Source: Thermodesulfobacteriota bacterium (lineage in GTDB: Bacteria; Desulfobacterota_D; UBA1144; Nemesobacterales; UBA2774). From it: a stretch of 64,000 nt of DNA. The notes below the pieces were generated by a model. It worked only from the letters and a program-made list of their open reading frames with translations. It made no database searches and was not told the origin of the DNA. Both the position numbers and the translations under genes were made by a program. The stretch covers positions 864,001 to 928,000 of the forward strand of contig OZ244197.1 of the NCBI GenBank assembly GCA_965216785.1, in the 5' to 3' direction. Shown piece by piece: positions 28,803 through 39,163 of the stretch (position 1 is its first letter; each line of letters opens with the position of its first letter).

Positions 28803-29555
28803 ATGAAAGTAGATTGGCATATCTCAATATGGGGTTTTTATATATCTCGGACATGGTATTTTTTCCTTTTTTCTATATCTTTATTTATTCTAAGTTGTTC
28901 TGCTAAATACGTTGATATAGATAATCCATCTCGTCGGGTTGATCTTAATTGTTTCTCTATAACACTTCCCGTTAATGGTGATTGGTATAAGAGAAGTTAC
29001 TACGTACCAGAATTACAAGATAAGTGCGAAAATGAAGCTAGATTTGCTAGTGGTAATGAGGAAGGGGTCTACTTCATTGGGTTTGAGAGTTATATAGGAG
29101 ACTGGAAAGAAGAATTTAGCAATAAATACTTATTAGATAAAAAAGTACAAGAACTCGAAGATGAACAAAATGAAATTCTTAAAGATAACAGGTTTGGTAT
29201 TGAAGACTTTCGTTATAATGTGGAAGTAGTTAGTGGAATAAAAGATATTTCCGTAAAATCAAAGACCACCTATTCCTCATCCAAGCCAAATTGGCATGGG
29301 TATGGTGGTTCTTCAGTAGAATTTTTGAAATCTACACTAAAACCAAGTGACCGATACTACTATGAATTCATAGAGCTAAGTGTTATAGAGGGCCCTTATA
29401 AACGTTGGATAGGACAAGGGGCTATCATATATCGAGTAATTTTTTACCATATATCAGTTAATGAAGACGGTGACCCGGAGCTTGAGGAGAATTCGCTGAA
29501 GTTTCTAGAAAACTTAGAATTTACTGACGACTGGGAAAGAGTAGATAAAGATTAA
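28803..29555 (+). CDS. Hypothetical lipoprotein; intact paralog of 7748-8516
   Basis: FILSCSAKYV lipobox; colinear similarity along the whole length. Confidence 0.85.
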   Translation: MKVDWHISIWGFYISRTWYFFLFSISLFILSCSAKYVDIDNPSRRVDLNCFSITLPVNGDWYKRSYYVPELQDKCENEARFASGNEEGVYFIGFESYIGDWKEEFSNKYLLDKKVQELEDEQNEILKDNRFGIEDFRYNVEVVSGIKDISVKSKTTYSSSKPNWHGYGGSSVEFLKSTLKPSDRYYYEFIELSVIEGPYKRWIGQGAIIYRVIFYHISVNEDGDPELEENSLKFLENLEFTDDWERVDKD

Positions 29556-30116
29556 AAAACCATTCAAAAGACTACTATAGATCATATTCAAAAAGTGAGA
29601 TTTAATTTCGGTTATCAGATTATAAGCTACAGATTGGGATTGAAATACAGAATATACAGGGCTAAATATTAGCGTAAACAGGCCTATATTGGGATTTTAT
29701 TTAAAAGCAAGGGGTATATGTCGCTTTATTATACAAAGCCATTCTAAGTGGATGTTTGAGATTTTTCAAAAGTGATCTGGAAGTATTAAAGCGTAAGGTG
29801 AAGATCAACATGTTGTTGAAAATCCAATTTATGATGAATTGAAATCATCATCAGATTAAGAATAATAATTTTGACTAGAGGTTTAGTAATACACTAGGAA
29901 AACGAAATAAAAGAAATTTATACTCACTACTGCATCATAAATACACATCATATAATTAAATCCTATTAAGTGTAAATACTATTAAGTTCACTCTACATAC
30001 TATGATAATTATCTAACTCATACAATCTAATCTTTACATAACAATATTATTCAAGAGAGTATAACCTCAACTTGTTAGTAACTGCCCATAAAGTAGCAAT
30101 CGGATGACTAACTCAC

Positions 30117-30830
30117 TTATTCATGAGTCTCGATACTACGGGCCTTACCCTCTCGTTCATTTCGAGGGATGAACATATCAATATATACATCTTTGTAGAT
30201 ATGCTTCGTCAAATATTGTATAGCTCCCCTAGTGGGGTCATAAATTTTTATCACTGCGTTTCCGTTAACAATACGATCAATAAAAGGTCCATTTTTCCCA
30301 ATGCGTTGTCCGTTACACTCCCAGAGCTTTGCCATATACTTCCTGCTAAGTTCTAATAACCCTTCTGCACCTAGTAGAGCATGAATGTGAAGTGTTCCCC
30401 TCTTCTGATACTCGTACACAACCGCATAACGTATACCACGCCCCCTCAGTTTATAGCGCCAGCCAAATAGACTACAGTTAAGAGACCCAAGCCACTTATG
30501 GAATCTCTGCTCAGCTTTCATAAGATCTATATCTTCTATAAACGTCAAGGTAACAAACATGTCATAATCATAGCGAGAGATAAATTCTTGCCAGTCCATT
30601 TGCAGGTCTTTATTAAACCAGCCTGTCTTTAGAGGTTTATACTCCCTTTTGTTTTGCTCACTTTCAATTTGAGAATTTATGATATGATGAGAGGATTTAT
30701 CATAAGCTAAACAATTATCTCTACCCTTTATTCTTCTTCTTATTGATTGTTCTTCTCTTAATTTCCGAAAAATGCTGTTCTGACCATCCACAAGTATCTT
30801 GTATGCAAGTTTAGAAATCTTCTTCTTCAT
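30117..30830 (-). CDS. Rolling-circle replication initiator-like HUH endonuclease
   Basis: Motif I FVTLTF, motif II EYQKRGTLHIHAL, motif III YLTK; GAGGAGG RBS. Confidence 0.85.
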   Translation of the reverse strand: MKKKISKLAYKILVDGQNSIFRKLREEQSIRRRIKGRDNCLAYDKSSHHIINSQIESEQNKREYKPLKTGWFNKDLQMDWQEFISRYDYDMFVTLTFIEDIDLMKAEQRFHKWLGSLNCSLFGWRYKLRGRGIRYAVVYEYQKRGTLHIHALLGAEGLLELSRKYMAKLWECNGQRIGKNGPFIDRIVNGNAVIKIYDPTRGAIQYLTKHIYKDVYIDMFIPRNEREGKARSIETHE

Positions 30831-30947
30831 TTTTAAACTTCCTCCTCACTAGGAAAACGAAATAGAGCTCATTTATACATGCTAATAATTTATGAGCAGG
30901 GTTAACCTATGCTGGTTTATTGTTTTGTGAAAGGAAAAGAAGTTTAA

Positions 30948-31667
30948 TTACATCAGAATAGTAGGCAGTCTCCGCGCGAGCATGGTCTTTCCCGCTCCTG
31001 GGGAACCTATCATGAGTAAGTTATGCCCACCGCTCGCGGCAACCTCAAGAGAGCGTTTTACGTGCTCCTGGCCTTTTACCTCGCGAAAATCGACCTGGTG
31101 CTCCCTTGCTTCCTTGAATACCGATTTTATGTCTACTTTGGTAGGTTTTATCTCTTTCTTATCCGCAAAGAACTCCACCACGTCCTGAAGCGAATCAACT
31201 CCCAGCACATCAATACCGCTTACCACCGCTGCTTCCTCGGCGTTTTCCCTGGGGAGAATGATGCCCTTTAGCTTTAGGTCCCTTGTGCAGATTGAAGTCG
31301 GAAGAGCGCCTTTGATCGGTTTAACCTCACCGTCCAGTGAGAGCTCGCCCAGGATTATATAGTCTTTTAGCTTTTTGTGATCGACAAGACCCATTACGGT
31401 AAGGATGCCGATTGATATTGGCAGGTCGAATGCGGAGCCCTCTTTTCTTATGTCCGCAGGGGCCAGGTTTACCGTGATTCTTCTGTATGGGAACTCATAG
31501 CCGCAGTTCTTGATCGCGGCGCGCACCCGCTCCTTGCTCTCTTTCACGGCCCCTTCGGGCAGGCCAACTGTATTAAAAGCCGGAAACCCTAGCGCTATAT
31601 CCACTTCCACTTCCACGAGATAGGCGTCAACTCCCAGCACTGCGCTGCTCAGAACTTTAGCTATCAT
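30948..31667 (-). pseudogene. comM: ComM/YifB Mg-chelatase-like ATPase, 5' half, interrupted by the island
   Basis: VGLPEGAVKESKERV, NLAPADIRKEGSAFDLP, GELSLDG and GHNLLMIGSPGAGKTMLARRLPTIL, then a stop at 239 aa. The family is about 500 aa. Confidence 0.93.
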
Positions 31668-31843
31668 AACGGTCGGGGATTATTATAACCTGACTTTGTT
31701 CTAATATATAAGGTAATTAAATAAAAATTTGGGGATAGTGTAAAAGCTCACACTTATATTGAAAATTACATCCGTGTAAAATGCGGAGCCACTGTACCAA
31801 TTAATATAAACAAAAAAACTCCCGACCTGGTACAATCAAAATT

Positions 31844-33391
31844 ATGGCGGAAGGTAAAAAAGAGTTAACTCTAAAAAGGGGTTCACGAAAAAAGAAGAAG
31901 ATCGCAGTGCTGGGTGCTACCGGTTACGTTGGCGCAAGGCTTGTGCAAGAGCTTTTGAATAAAGGATATATTGTAAGGGCCTGCGGCAGATCGTTGGACA
32001 AGCTCAGGAAGAGACCCTGGAGCATTGATCCGAAGGTGGAGCTAATTGAATTCGACGTTTTCGATACGGAGTCTTTAACAAATGCATGTAAAGGCTCTCA
32101 GGCCGCATACTATCTCATACACTCGATGAACCCGGATGAAAAGGAGTTCGCGCGCGCCGACAGACAGGCCGCCGAGAACATGGTCCGCGCGGCTGAAGAT
32201 GCAGGTCTAAAGCGGGTTATCTACCTAGGAGGTCTCGGTGAAAAGAACGAAACGCTAAGTAAACATCTCCTTTCAAGAATTGAAGTAGGTGAAATTCTCT
32301 TATCGGGTGAAGTGCCCGCTACCGTGCTTCGCGCGGCAATGATAATCGGTGCGGGAAGCGCCTCTTTCGAGATCCTCAGATACCTTGTCGAGCGTTTGCC
32401 CGTAATGGTTACGCCTAGATGGGTGAGGATTTTATCTCAGCCTATCGCAATAAGAGACGTACTGAATTACATGACAGCGTGTTTGGACCATCCGGAAACG
32501 CAAGGTCAAACTTATGATATCGGCGGTCCGGAAGTCATAAGCTACCAAAGTCTTATGCAATTATACGCAGAGCTGGCGGGACTTCACAGAAGATGGATCA
32601 TACCGGTCCCTGTGCTCACTCCACGGTTAAGCTCATATTGGATAAATTTGGTAACGCCGGTTAATGCTTCTATAGCAAGACCTCTGGCGGAAGGGCTTAG
32701 CAGTGAGGTTGTTTGCAAAGACCAGCGCATAAGAAAAGTTGTTCAGCAAGAGTTGTTAGATTACCGCTCAGCCATTCGTATGGCGCTAGATCAGTCTCAG
32801 CATAATTTATTACTAGATGTGGATGAAGAGGCCGATGAATCGGCCCCTGTGCCAGAATGGACATATCCGGGTGACGATGCGTGGGCCGGAGGAAAGGTGT
32901 TTGAAGACCATAGGAGGGTCCTATTAGAGGCCGATCCGGAAGATATCTGGAAACACTTACAACTTATAGGGGGAGAGAACGGTTGGTACTACGCCGATTT
33001 GCTCTGGCAGCTTAGAGGGTTATTAGATAGGCTCATAGGGGGTGTAGGAATGAGACGGGGCAGGACTGATCCTGATAACTTAAACGAAGGGGACATTATA
33101 GATTTCTGGCGTATCAAGATAGCCGAGCCCGAGCGGAGGCTTTTACTGGTCGCGGAAATGAAGGTACCTGGCAGCGCCATACTCGACTTTTCAATCATAA
33201 AAAGAGAAGGATCATTATCCGAGCTTCATCAGATTGCCAGATTCATCCCCCGCGGTCTGAGCGGCATATTATATTGGTACGCTGTTTCACCGCTCCACGA
33301 GCTTGTGTTTAACGGCATGCTGAAGAGAATTGCGAAACTCGTTAATAAACCTGTGATATTAGGACCCGAATTCGTAAAACAAAAAAGCTGA
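31844..33391 (+). CDS. YbjT-like SDR oxidoreductase with DUF2867 domain
   Basis: GATGYVG; GSASFE; IGGENGWYY...DFWR...AEMKVPG. Confidence 0.9.
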   Translation: MAEGKKELTLKRGSRKKKKIAVLGATGYVGARLVQELLNKGYIVRACGRSLDKLRKRPWSIDPKVELIEFDVFDTESLTNACKGSQAAYYLIHSMNPDEKEFARADRQAAENMVRAAEDAGLKRVIYLGGLGEKNETLSKHLLSRIEVGEILLSGEVPATVLRAAMIIGAGSASFEILRYLVERLPVMVTPRWVRILSQPIAIRDVLNYMTACLDHPETQGQTYDIGGPEVISYQSLMQLYAELAGLHRRWIIPVPVLTPRLSSYWINLVTPVNASIARPLAEGLSSEVVCKDQRIRKVVQQELLDYRSAIRMALDQSQHNLLLDVDEEADESAPVPEWTYPGDDAWAGGKVFEDHRRVLLEADPEDIWKHLQLIGGENGWYYADLLWQLRGLLDRLIGGVGMRRGRTDPDNLNEGDIIDFWRIKIAEPERRLLLVAEMKVPGSAILDFSIIKREGSLSELHQIARFIPRGLSGILYWYAVSPLHELVFNGMLKRIAKLVNKPVILGPEFVKQKS

Positions 33392-33410
33392 ATACTATAA
33401 CTTTGAGCAA

Positions 33411-34931
33411 TTAGAACTGATTCAACGATAACTCTTCTGTTATTTTTTCAAGCAGCCGGGGAGCGTTTGGAGTACCGAATCCCGTGGTCATATCCCAGCC
33501 CGGTAAGGTAGGGAAACCCTGAACAGGACCGGGACTAACGCTGCCGTCCTCGTTATACATAAATTTTTGGTTATCGACTAGCTCGCCGCTTATTACTTTT
33601 CCTTGCTCCATAGCCACTATGTCGTTAAACGCATCACTATTGCCTATTTGATACAATAGAGGATTAAAATGACCTACAGGGTCAAGCCCGAGCTCCAGTA
33701 AATGTTGGTTCACAAGCGCCGTTAATGCCGCCATCTGCGGCGTTGCAGCGCTGGTACCCCCTATGGGTCTCCAACCCGGCCTTTGATCATCTGGGAAGGC
33801 TGTAAGATAAACCAATACACCTCCGTTTACCGCTGCGTTCATAGCAACATCGGGGACGCCGCGCGCATCGACGCCGATAACATCTCCAACAGAATCCTGC
33901 CATGTCGGACGCTCGAATAATACGCTTTGCCCACCTCCCGTCGCAAACGGACCCCAAGATTCATTCCAAACGACTTCAATCAACCTAGCAGTCGATCTGA
34001 ATGAAAAGTATGCCGGATTAGGTTGGTTATCTTCTAAGAACGGCGTATCGCTCACCGGGAACCATCGCCAGCCCAACTGCAGCTGTGTACCGCCCACCGC
34101 TGTAACATAAGGGCTTGATGCCGGCCATTGAACAGTTGGTATCTCGAAGTCCTCGTTGGTTGAAAAATCAGTGCCGGTTGTGCCGCAATCACCGGCAGCC
34201 ACAAAAAAGGTATACCCCTTGGCGCTACCTCGCTTAAGCACAACATCAAGCTCGGCTACGAAATCTTCTCTTGCCATCAAATCTATTAAGATTTCGTCCT
34301 GCTCAACAATGCCCAAGCTTAACGAAAACACCGTACCCGGCGGAAAATCGAAGTCATCGACTAAGGTTGTCATGCCCTCCACAAGATTGCCTATATCTGC
34401 GTTAGGCAAGCTGGCCAATACGATTTTCGCAAGCGGCGCTACGGCATAGGACCATTGTATGTCCAGAGTCGATTCCGACGACCAGCTCACGGCGTCCGGA
34501 TCAGTTTCGTCAGGCATACCCAGCGGGAACACTTCTTCAAAGTCAGGGGGCGGTAAATGAGAAAAAAATGTTTCATAGAAAAACTGCAGGTCGTCCGCTG
34601 CCGTCGGGCTGCCATAAGCATCAATCAGTACGATTGTTTGCCCCTGCCCCAATAGGCCCCTATCAGCCAGTTCATCTATACCGTAAGCAAAACGGATTTG
34701 ATCCGGGGTGTAGCAGTGAGCAGAATCATTCGTATACACTTGGCCTGAGGCATCAGGCGGCGACACACATGGAACGCTAGGACCGTTATCATCGCTCGGA
34801 CATCCGGCTAGATTTAAGAAAGCACAAATTAAAACAGCCCATAGTTTGTAATTCATGTTAGTTGTTTTTGGCTTAATACTGAATTTTGCGGTCTCTTTCT
34901 TAATCATACAGCCGTAATACCACAGGCTCAA
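33411..34931 (-). CDS. S53 sedolisin-family peptidase, lipoprotein (start likely ~34857)
   Basis: ESTLD (E/D), AAGD, GGTSAATP, GWDMTTGFGTP; LAGC lipobox. Confidence 0.9.
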   Translation of the reverse strand: MSLWYYGCMIKKETAKFSIKPKTTNMNYKLWAVLICAFLNLAGCPSDDNGPSVPCVSPPDASGQVYTNDSAHCYTPDQIRFAYGIDELADRGLLGQGQTIVLIDAYGSPTAADDLQFFYETFFSHLPPPDFEEVFPLGMPDETDPDAVSWSSESTLDIQWSYAVAPLAKIVLASLPNADIGNLVEGMTTLVDDFDFPPGTVFSLSLGIVEQDEILIDLMAREDFVAELDVVLKRGSAKGYTFFVAAGDCGTTGTDFSTNEDFEIPTVQWPASSPYVTAVGGTQLQLGWRWFPVSDTPFLEDNQPNPAYFSFRSTARLIEVVWNESWGPFATGGGQSVLFERPTWQDSVGDVIGVDARGVPDVAMNAAVNGGVLVYLTAFPDDQRPGWRPIGGTSAATPQMAALTALVNQHLLELGLDPVGHFNPLLYQIGNSDAFNDIVAMEQGKVISGELVDNQKFMYNEDGSVSPGPVQGFPTLPGWDMTTGFGTPNAPRLLEKITEELSLNQF

Positions 34932-34951
34932 TACGGCTTCTCCGAGCTGGG

Positions 34952-35308
34952 TTAAAGAAACTTCTCTATCTCCTCCGCGGGCCGGGCGAGGATTACTTTG
35001 TCCCCTTTGACCGCTATAGGGCGCTGGATTAAATCCGGATGCTTTACCATTAATTCTATTATCTCGGAGTCTTTAAGCTCTTTTTTGGATAATCCAAGCT
35101 CTTTATATACCTTTTCGTTCTTTCTTAGAAGCTCTCTTGGAGGAAAACCCAGTTTTTTGACAAGCCCTGTAAGCTTTCTTTTGGTAAATGGTGTTTCATA
35201 GTAATTTACCTGCTCAAATTCCGCCTCGTTCTCCCTCAGAATCTTAAGCGCCTTTCTCACCGTGCTGCATGTAGGTTTTACGTATATCGTTATCTTGTCT
35301 CTACTCAT
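34952..35308 (-). CDS. ArsC/Spx family protein
   Basis: PTCSTVRK; HPDLIQRPI; ARP. Confidence 0.88.
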   Translation of the reverse strand: MSRDKITIYVKPTCSTVRKALKILRENEAEFEQVNYYETPFTKRKLTGLVKKLGFPPRELLRKNEKVYKELGLSKKELKDSEIIELMVKHPDLIQRPIAVKGDKVILARPAEEIEKFL

Positions 35309-35574
35309 GAAAGCGGATTATACCTTAGCACTGGCGAGTTTAAAAATGTTTCGGGCTAAGCTCCAACCAAAATTGTAATTGACAAATTTTTATGAATATC
35401 ATAAACTTAAGGCAGAATATAAGGAATTGGTGATAAAATATTCTGCCTTATGAAAGAACCTGACCCTCATTTGTGTAGTTACAATTTAATTTTTCTTAAC
35501 ATTCCAACCCTTAGCAATCCTATATACATTTCAGGAAATTCGAGCGGAAAAAGTGTGTCCGGGATTTAATTGAT

Positions 35575-36546
35575 ATGATTGATGAGCTGAGCGCTCTTCG
35601 AAGAATAGAAGAGCATTTTAATACTGCATCAGATAGCGTAAAGGTCGGCATCGGTGATGACGCGGCAGTGGTGGACGTCACCCCCGGCATGCTACTGGTA
35701 GCTACTACCGACTCACAGGTGGAGGACGTGCATTTTGTTAAGTCTCTCATATCTCCTTCGATCCTTGCCAGAAAATCTGTCGCTGTCTCGGTGAGCGATA
35801 TAGGAGCAATGGGCGGTGTACCCAGATACATACTCGCCTCGGCAGGGTTCTCGGCAGGAGAAGATGAGCACTATCTCGCCCAGATAATCAGCGGATTCAG
35901 AAAGTCCGAAAAAGAATTCGGTGTGAAGGTCATTGGAGGGAATCTGAGCGCATCCGATAAAGTCTTTTTGGATATTACCGCGCTTGGAGAGATCGAGCCT
36001 GATAAGGTGGTAAAAAGAACCGGCGCCCGCGAAGGCGACCTTATTTACGTAAGCGGTACACTGGGGGATTCCGCGTTAGGCCTCAAACTACTTAGGCAGG
36101 GAGCAGCGAGTGAAAGTTTAGTTGAAAGACATTTATCACCCCAGCCAAGGCTCGAATTAGGCAGGCAGCTTGCCGTAAGCGGAGCGGTTACTTCAATGAT
36201 AGACGTAAGTGACGGACTTTTATTGGATCTGGGGAGGATTACGGTCGATAAGGGGTTAGGGGCGCGGATAGATGCCGATAAGCTCCCTTTGTCCGAAGAG
36301 TATAAGAGCTTGGCTAGTGAATATACAGAGGAGTTCTTCGAGCTTGCTCTTTGCGGCGGTGAGGACTACGAGCTTCTATTTACAGTACCTGCGGAAAATA
36401 TAGATATGGTCTCGGAAATCGCGTCATCAGTCGAAACCGATGTAGCAGAGATCGGTATCGTTACCCCGGAGCAGGCAATACATATCTTAGATTCAAACGG
36501 GGAAGAGATTAAGCTTAAACAGAGGGGATTCGTTCACTTTAATTAA
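35575..36546 (+). CDS. thiL: Thiamine-monophosphate kinase
   Basis: GIGDDAAV, SDIGAMGG, IDVSDGL, GGEDYELLFT. Confidence 0.96.
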   Translation: MIDELSALRRIEEHFNTASDSVKVGIGDDAAVVDVTPGMLLVATTDSQVEDVHFVKSLISPSILARKSVAVSVSDIGAMGGVPRYILASAGFSAGEDEHYLAQIISGFRKSEKEFGVKVIGGNLSASDKVFLDITALGEIEPDKVVKRTGAREGDLIYVSGTLGDSALGLKLLRQGAASESLVERHLSPQPRLELGRQLAVSGAVTSMIDVSDGLLLDLGRITVDKGLGARIDADKLPLSEEYKSLASEYTEEFFELALCGGEDYELLFTVPAENIDMVSEIASSVETDVAEIGIVTPEQAIHILDSNGEEIKLKQRGFVHFN

Positions 36547-36579
36547 TAAGAAGCTAAACGTAATTGCGCGGACGAAAAA

Positions 36580-37923
36580 ATGGACGAAATTTCTTATAGC
36601 TACAATTTATTTTTAATACTGCTTCTACTATTTCTCTCGGGATTTTTCTGTCTGTCCGAGGGCTCTCTCTTTTCTCTCGGCAGACACCAGCTCGAAAGTC
36701 TCAGGAAGGAAGGCAAGAAGAGTTATAAGATTATAGAGAAGCTTTTGAAAGAGCCCTATAAGCTTATTATCACAATTCTATTCGCGGACGAAGTCGTAAA
36801 CGTCGCCTACTCCAGCATCATCGGTATCACCGTAGCGGGTCTCCTGGACGGTTACTCGGAAAGGAGCGTCATGTTAATCTCCGTTGCTGTAGCGTCTCCG
36901 AGTCTACTTCTTCTAGGTGAAATAGGCCCCAAAACACTCGGGGTAAAATATCCGAGAGTTATCGCAACTCTAATATCCTACCCGCTTCATTATTTTCATA
37001 TCCTGGTTACACCGATCAGATGGGTACTTGTGGTACTGTCTATCGGCTTTACGCGAATCCTGGGCGGAAAGATCGAGTATGAGCAGCGAAGGGAATTCAC
37101 ACCCGAGGAAGTAAAGGTTCTGGTCGGTATGGGGGGTGAGGAAGGGGTCGTTACAGACATAGAGAAAAAGCTTGTCGGAAGCCTCTTTAAGCTCGAGGAG
37201 GTGCCTGCCTACAGGATCATGTCCCCCGGAGTGGAATGCTTCCTGCTCCCCCAGACACTCTCACGGAAAGAGGCTCTTTATGAGATTAAAAAAAGAGGGT
37301 TTTCGAGAACCCCTGTGTATAAAGATAACAAAGACAACATCACAGGCGTGCTGTACGCGAAAGATCTTCTATCCTTTGACTTATCCGAATCTAAAAGCAT
37401 TAAAGGGGTGCTAAGGGCGCCCTATTTTATCCCCAGGACAAAGATGGCATTTGATCTGTTGAAGGAGTTTCAGGTAAACCGTAACCACATAGCGATTGTA
37501 GTGGATGAGTACGGGCGATTCGACGGAATAGTAACCATGGAGGATATACTCGAGGAGCTCTTCGGCGAGATCGAGGACGAAAGGAGAGTTGTTTTAAAGC
37601 CCCAGGTAAGATGGGAGGGGGAGACCCTCATAATCCCGGGGAACATGAAGATAGACGAGTTTAACAACACGTTTCTCTTCACTGTGCTCAGGTTCGGGGG
37701 GCTTGATAAATTAGGTCAGGATTTACTTGAGTCCGTGCTCCCCTCTGAAGAAGACCACGAAACAGTGGCTGGGTTTATATTCGATATGTTCGGTAAATTC
37801 CCGGAGCAGGGAGAGAATGTAAGGCACGGGAGCTTGGTCTTTGTGGTAAACGAGGTGTCCGGGAAGAGAATAACCGAGATTAAAATTAACCGGGTAGACA
37901 GAGAGGTGGCCGATGTCGCTTGA
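36580..37923 (+). CDS. CNNM/CBS/CorC (hemolysin-like) Mg/Co transport protein
   Basis: GEIGPK, FSRTPVY, VVDEYG, TMEDILEELFGEI. Confidence 0.92.
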   Translation: MDEISYSYNLFLILLLLFLSGFFCLSEGSLFSLGRHQLESLRKEGKKSYKIIEKLLKEPYKLIITILFADEVVNVAYSSIIGITVAGLLDGYSERSVMLISVAVASPSLLLLGEIGPKTLGVKYPRVIATLISYPLHYFHILVTPIRWVLVVLSIGFTRILGGKIEYEQRREFTPEEVKVLVGMGGEEGVVTDIEKKLVGSLFKLEEVPAYRIMSPGVECFLLPQTLSRKEALYEIKKRGFSRTPVYKDNKDNITGVLYAKDLLSFDLSESKSIKGVLRAPYFIPRTKMAFDLLKEFQVNRNHIAIVVDEYGRFDGIVTMEDILEELFGEIEDERRVVLKPQVRWEGETLIIPGNMKIDEFNNTFLFTVLRFGGLDKLGQDLLESVLPSEEDHETVAGFIFDMFGKFPEQGENVRHGSLVFVVNEVSGKRITEIKINRVDREVADVA

Positions 37924-39145
37924 GATTGTTATAGCCGTCATAGTGTTAACACTCATACTGCAGGGATTTTTCGCGGGCTCTGAGATCGCTCTCATCTCCT
38001 GCGACAAGGTAAAAATGAAAGCGCTTGCAGACGGTGGTTCAAGGAGCGCTAAGCTTGTTATGACCTCATTTTCCCAGATAGAGCGTTTTTTGAGCACTAC
38101 GCTTGTCGGAATTAACCTTTCATTGATTACAAGCACTATAGTGCTGACTTTCTATATTCAGGAAAAATACGGTGCTGGTGGAGAATTGTATACAGTATTA
38201 ATTCTCTCGCCGCTCATAATAATTTTCGGCCAGGTAGTACCCAAAGCCGTATTCCAGAAAAAAAGAAACACGATTGTACTCTGGGCTATATACCCCCTTT
38301 GGGTAGCAACAAAGATATTCTATCCCATATTGATATTCGTAAACATTTTTACAAAGAACCTCCTTAACCTTATCGGTAGCACCGAAAATACTTACATTAC
38401 AAGGGAAGAGCTCATAAACGTAATAGAGGGAGATTCTAAGACCCCGACTGTCGATTATAAGGAAAGGATTATAAAAAGGATCTTCCGCTTTTCAGAGACG
38501 ACAGTGGAAGAAATAATGATACCGCTCGTACACGTAAGCGCGCTTGGCGAAGATACCAAGGTTGGAGACGCGGTGAAGCTCATTAAGGAGACAGGGCACT
38601 CTAGAATACCTATATTCAGAGAGCGCGTGGACGATATAACCGGGATGTTGCACTCGTTTTACCTCCTGGGAGCCGATCCGAACGAAGCTATAAAGAACTA
38701 TAGCAAGCCTCCTTTCTATGTTCCCGAGTCAAAACCGGTGGACGAGCTTCTCGACGAGATGAAGGAGGGTAAGGCGGGTATGGCTGTGGTCGTAGACGAG
38801 TACGGCGGCGCGGTAGGCGTTATAACGCTCGAGGATATACTCGAAGAGGTTGTCGGCGAGATTGAGGACGAATACGATAAGGGCATTAAGCTCTGGAGAA
38901 AAACCGGGGAAGGGCAGTACCTTATCAACCCGAAGATAGAGATCGAGATGTTAAACGATGATCTCGGGCTCGGTATTCCGGATAGCGACGACTATGAGAC
39001 TCTTAGCGGTTTCCTTTTGTCCGAAGTAGGCGCTATTCCCAAAACCGGGGATAAAATCAAACACCAGAACTATGTCTTTACGATCACAAAGGGCTCTACC
39101 AGGTCGATTGAAGAGGTTAAGCTGTCAATAAAGAAGGCAAAATAG
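37913..39145 (+). CDS. Second CNNM/CBS/CorC protein
   Basis: FFAGSEIAL, HSRIPIF, VVDEYGG, TLEDILEEVVGEIEDE. Confidence 0.92.
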   Translation: MSLEIVIAVIVLTLILQGFFAGSEIALISCDKVKMKALADGGSRSAKLVMTSFSQIERFLSTTLVGINLSLITSTIVLTFYIQEKYGAGGELYTVLILSPLIIIFGQVVPKAVFQKKRNTIVLWAIYPLWVATKIFYPILIFVNIFTKNLLNLIGSTENTYITREELINVIEGDSKTPTVDYKERIIKRIFRFSETTVEEIMIPLVHVSALGEDTKVGDAVKLIKETGHSRIPIFRERVDDITGMLHSFYLLGADPNEAIKNYSKPPFYVPESKPVDELLDEMKEGKAGMAVVVDEYGGAVGVITLEDILEEVVGEIEDEYDKGIKLWRKTGEGQYLINPKIEIEMLNDDLGLGIPDSDDYETLSGFLLSEVGAIPKTGDKIKHQNYVFTITKGSTRSIEEVKLSIKKAK

Positions 39146-39163
39146 GCACGCATGTGCCAGGGG

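Larger units (their letters stand above)
1..30947. mobile_element. Genomic island inserted in comM; left end lies outside the window
   Basis: comM stops abruptly at 30948 and the sequence becomes AT-richer. The region holds a serine recombinase, a tyrosine recombinase, an HUH Rep, IS ends and only accessory cargo. Confidence 0.85.

Noticed and set aside
29556-30116. AT-rich, strand-biased gap next to the Rep as a replication origin or oriT
   Set aside because: The position is plausible, but I could not identify a nick-site motif, iterons or a convincing hairpin.
36580-39145. Tandem CNNM/CorC genes as an unusual duplication
   Set aside because: Paired hemolysin-like genes near ybeY are a common arrangement.
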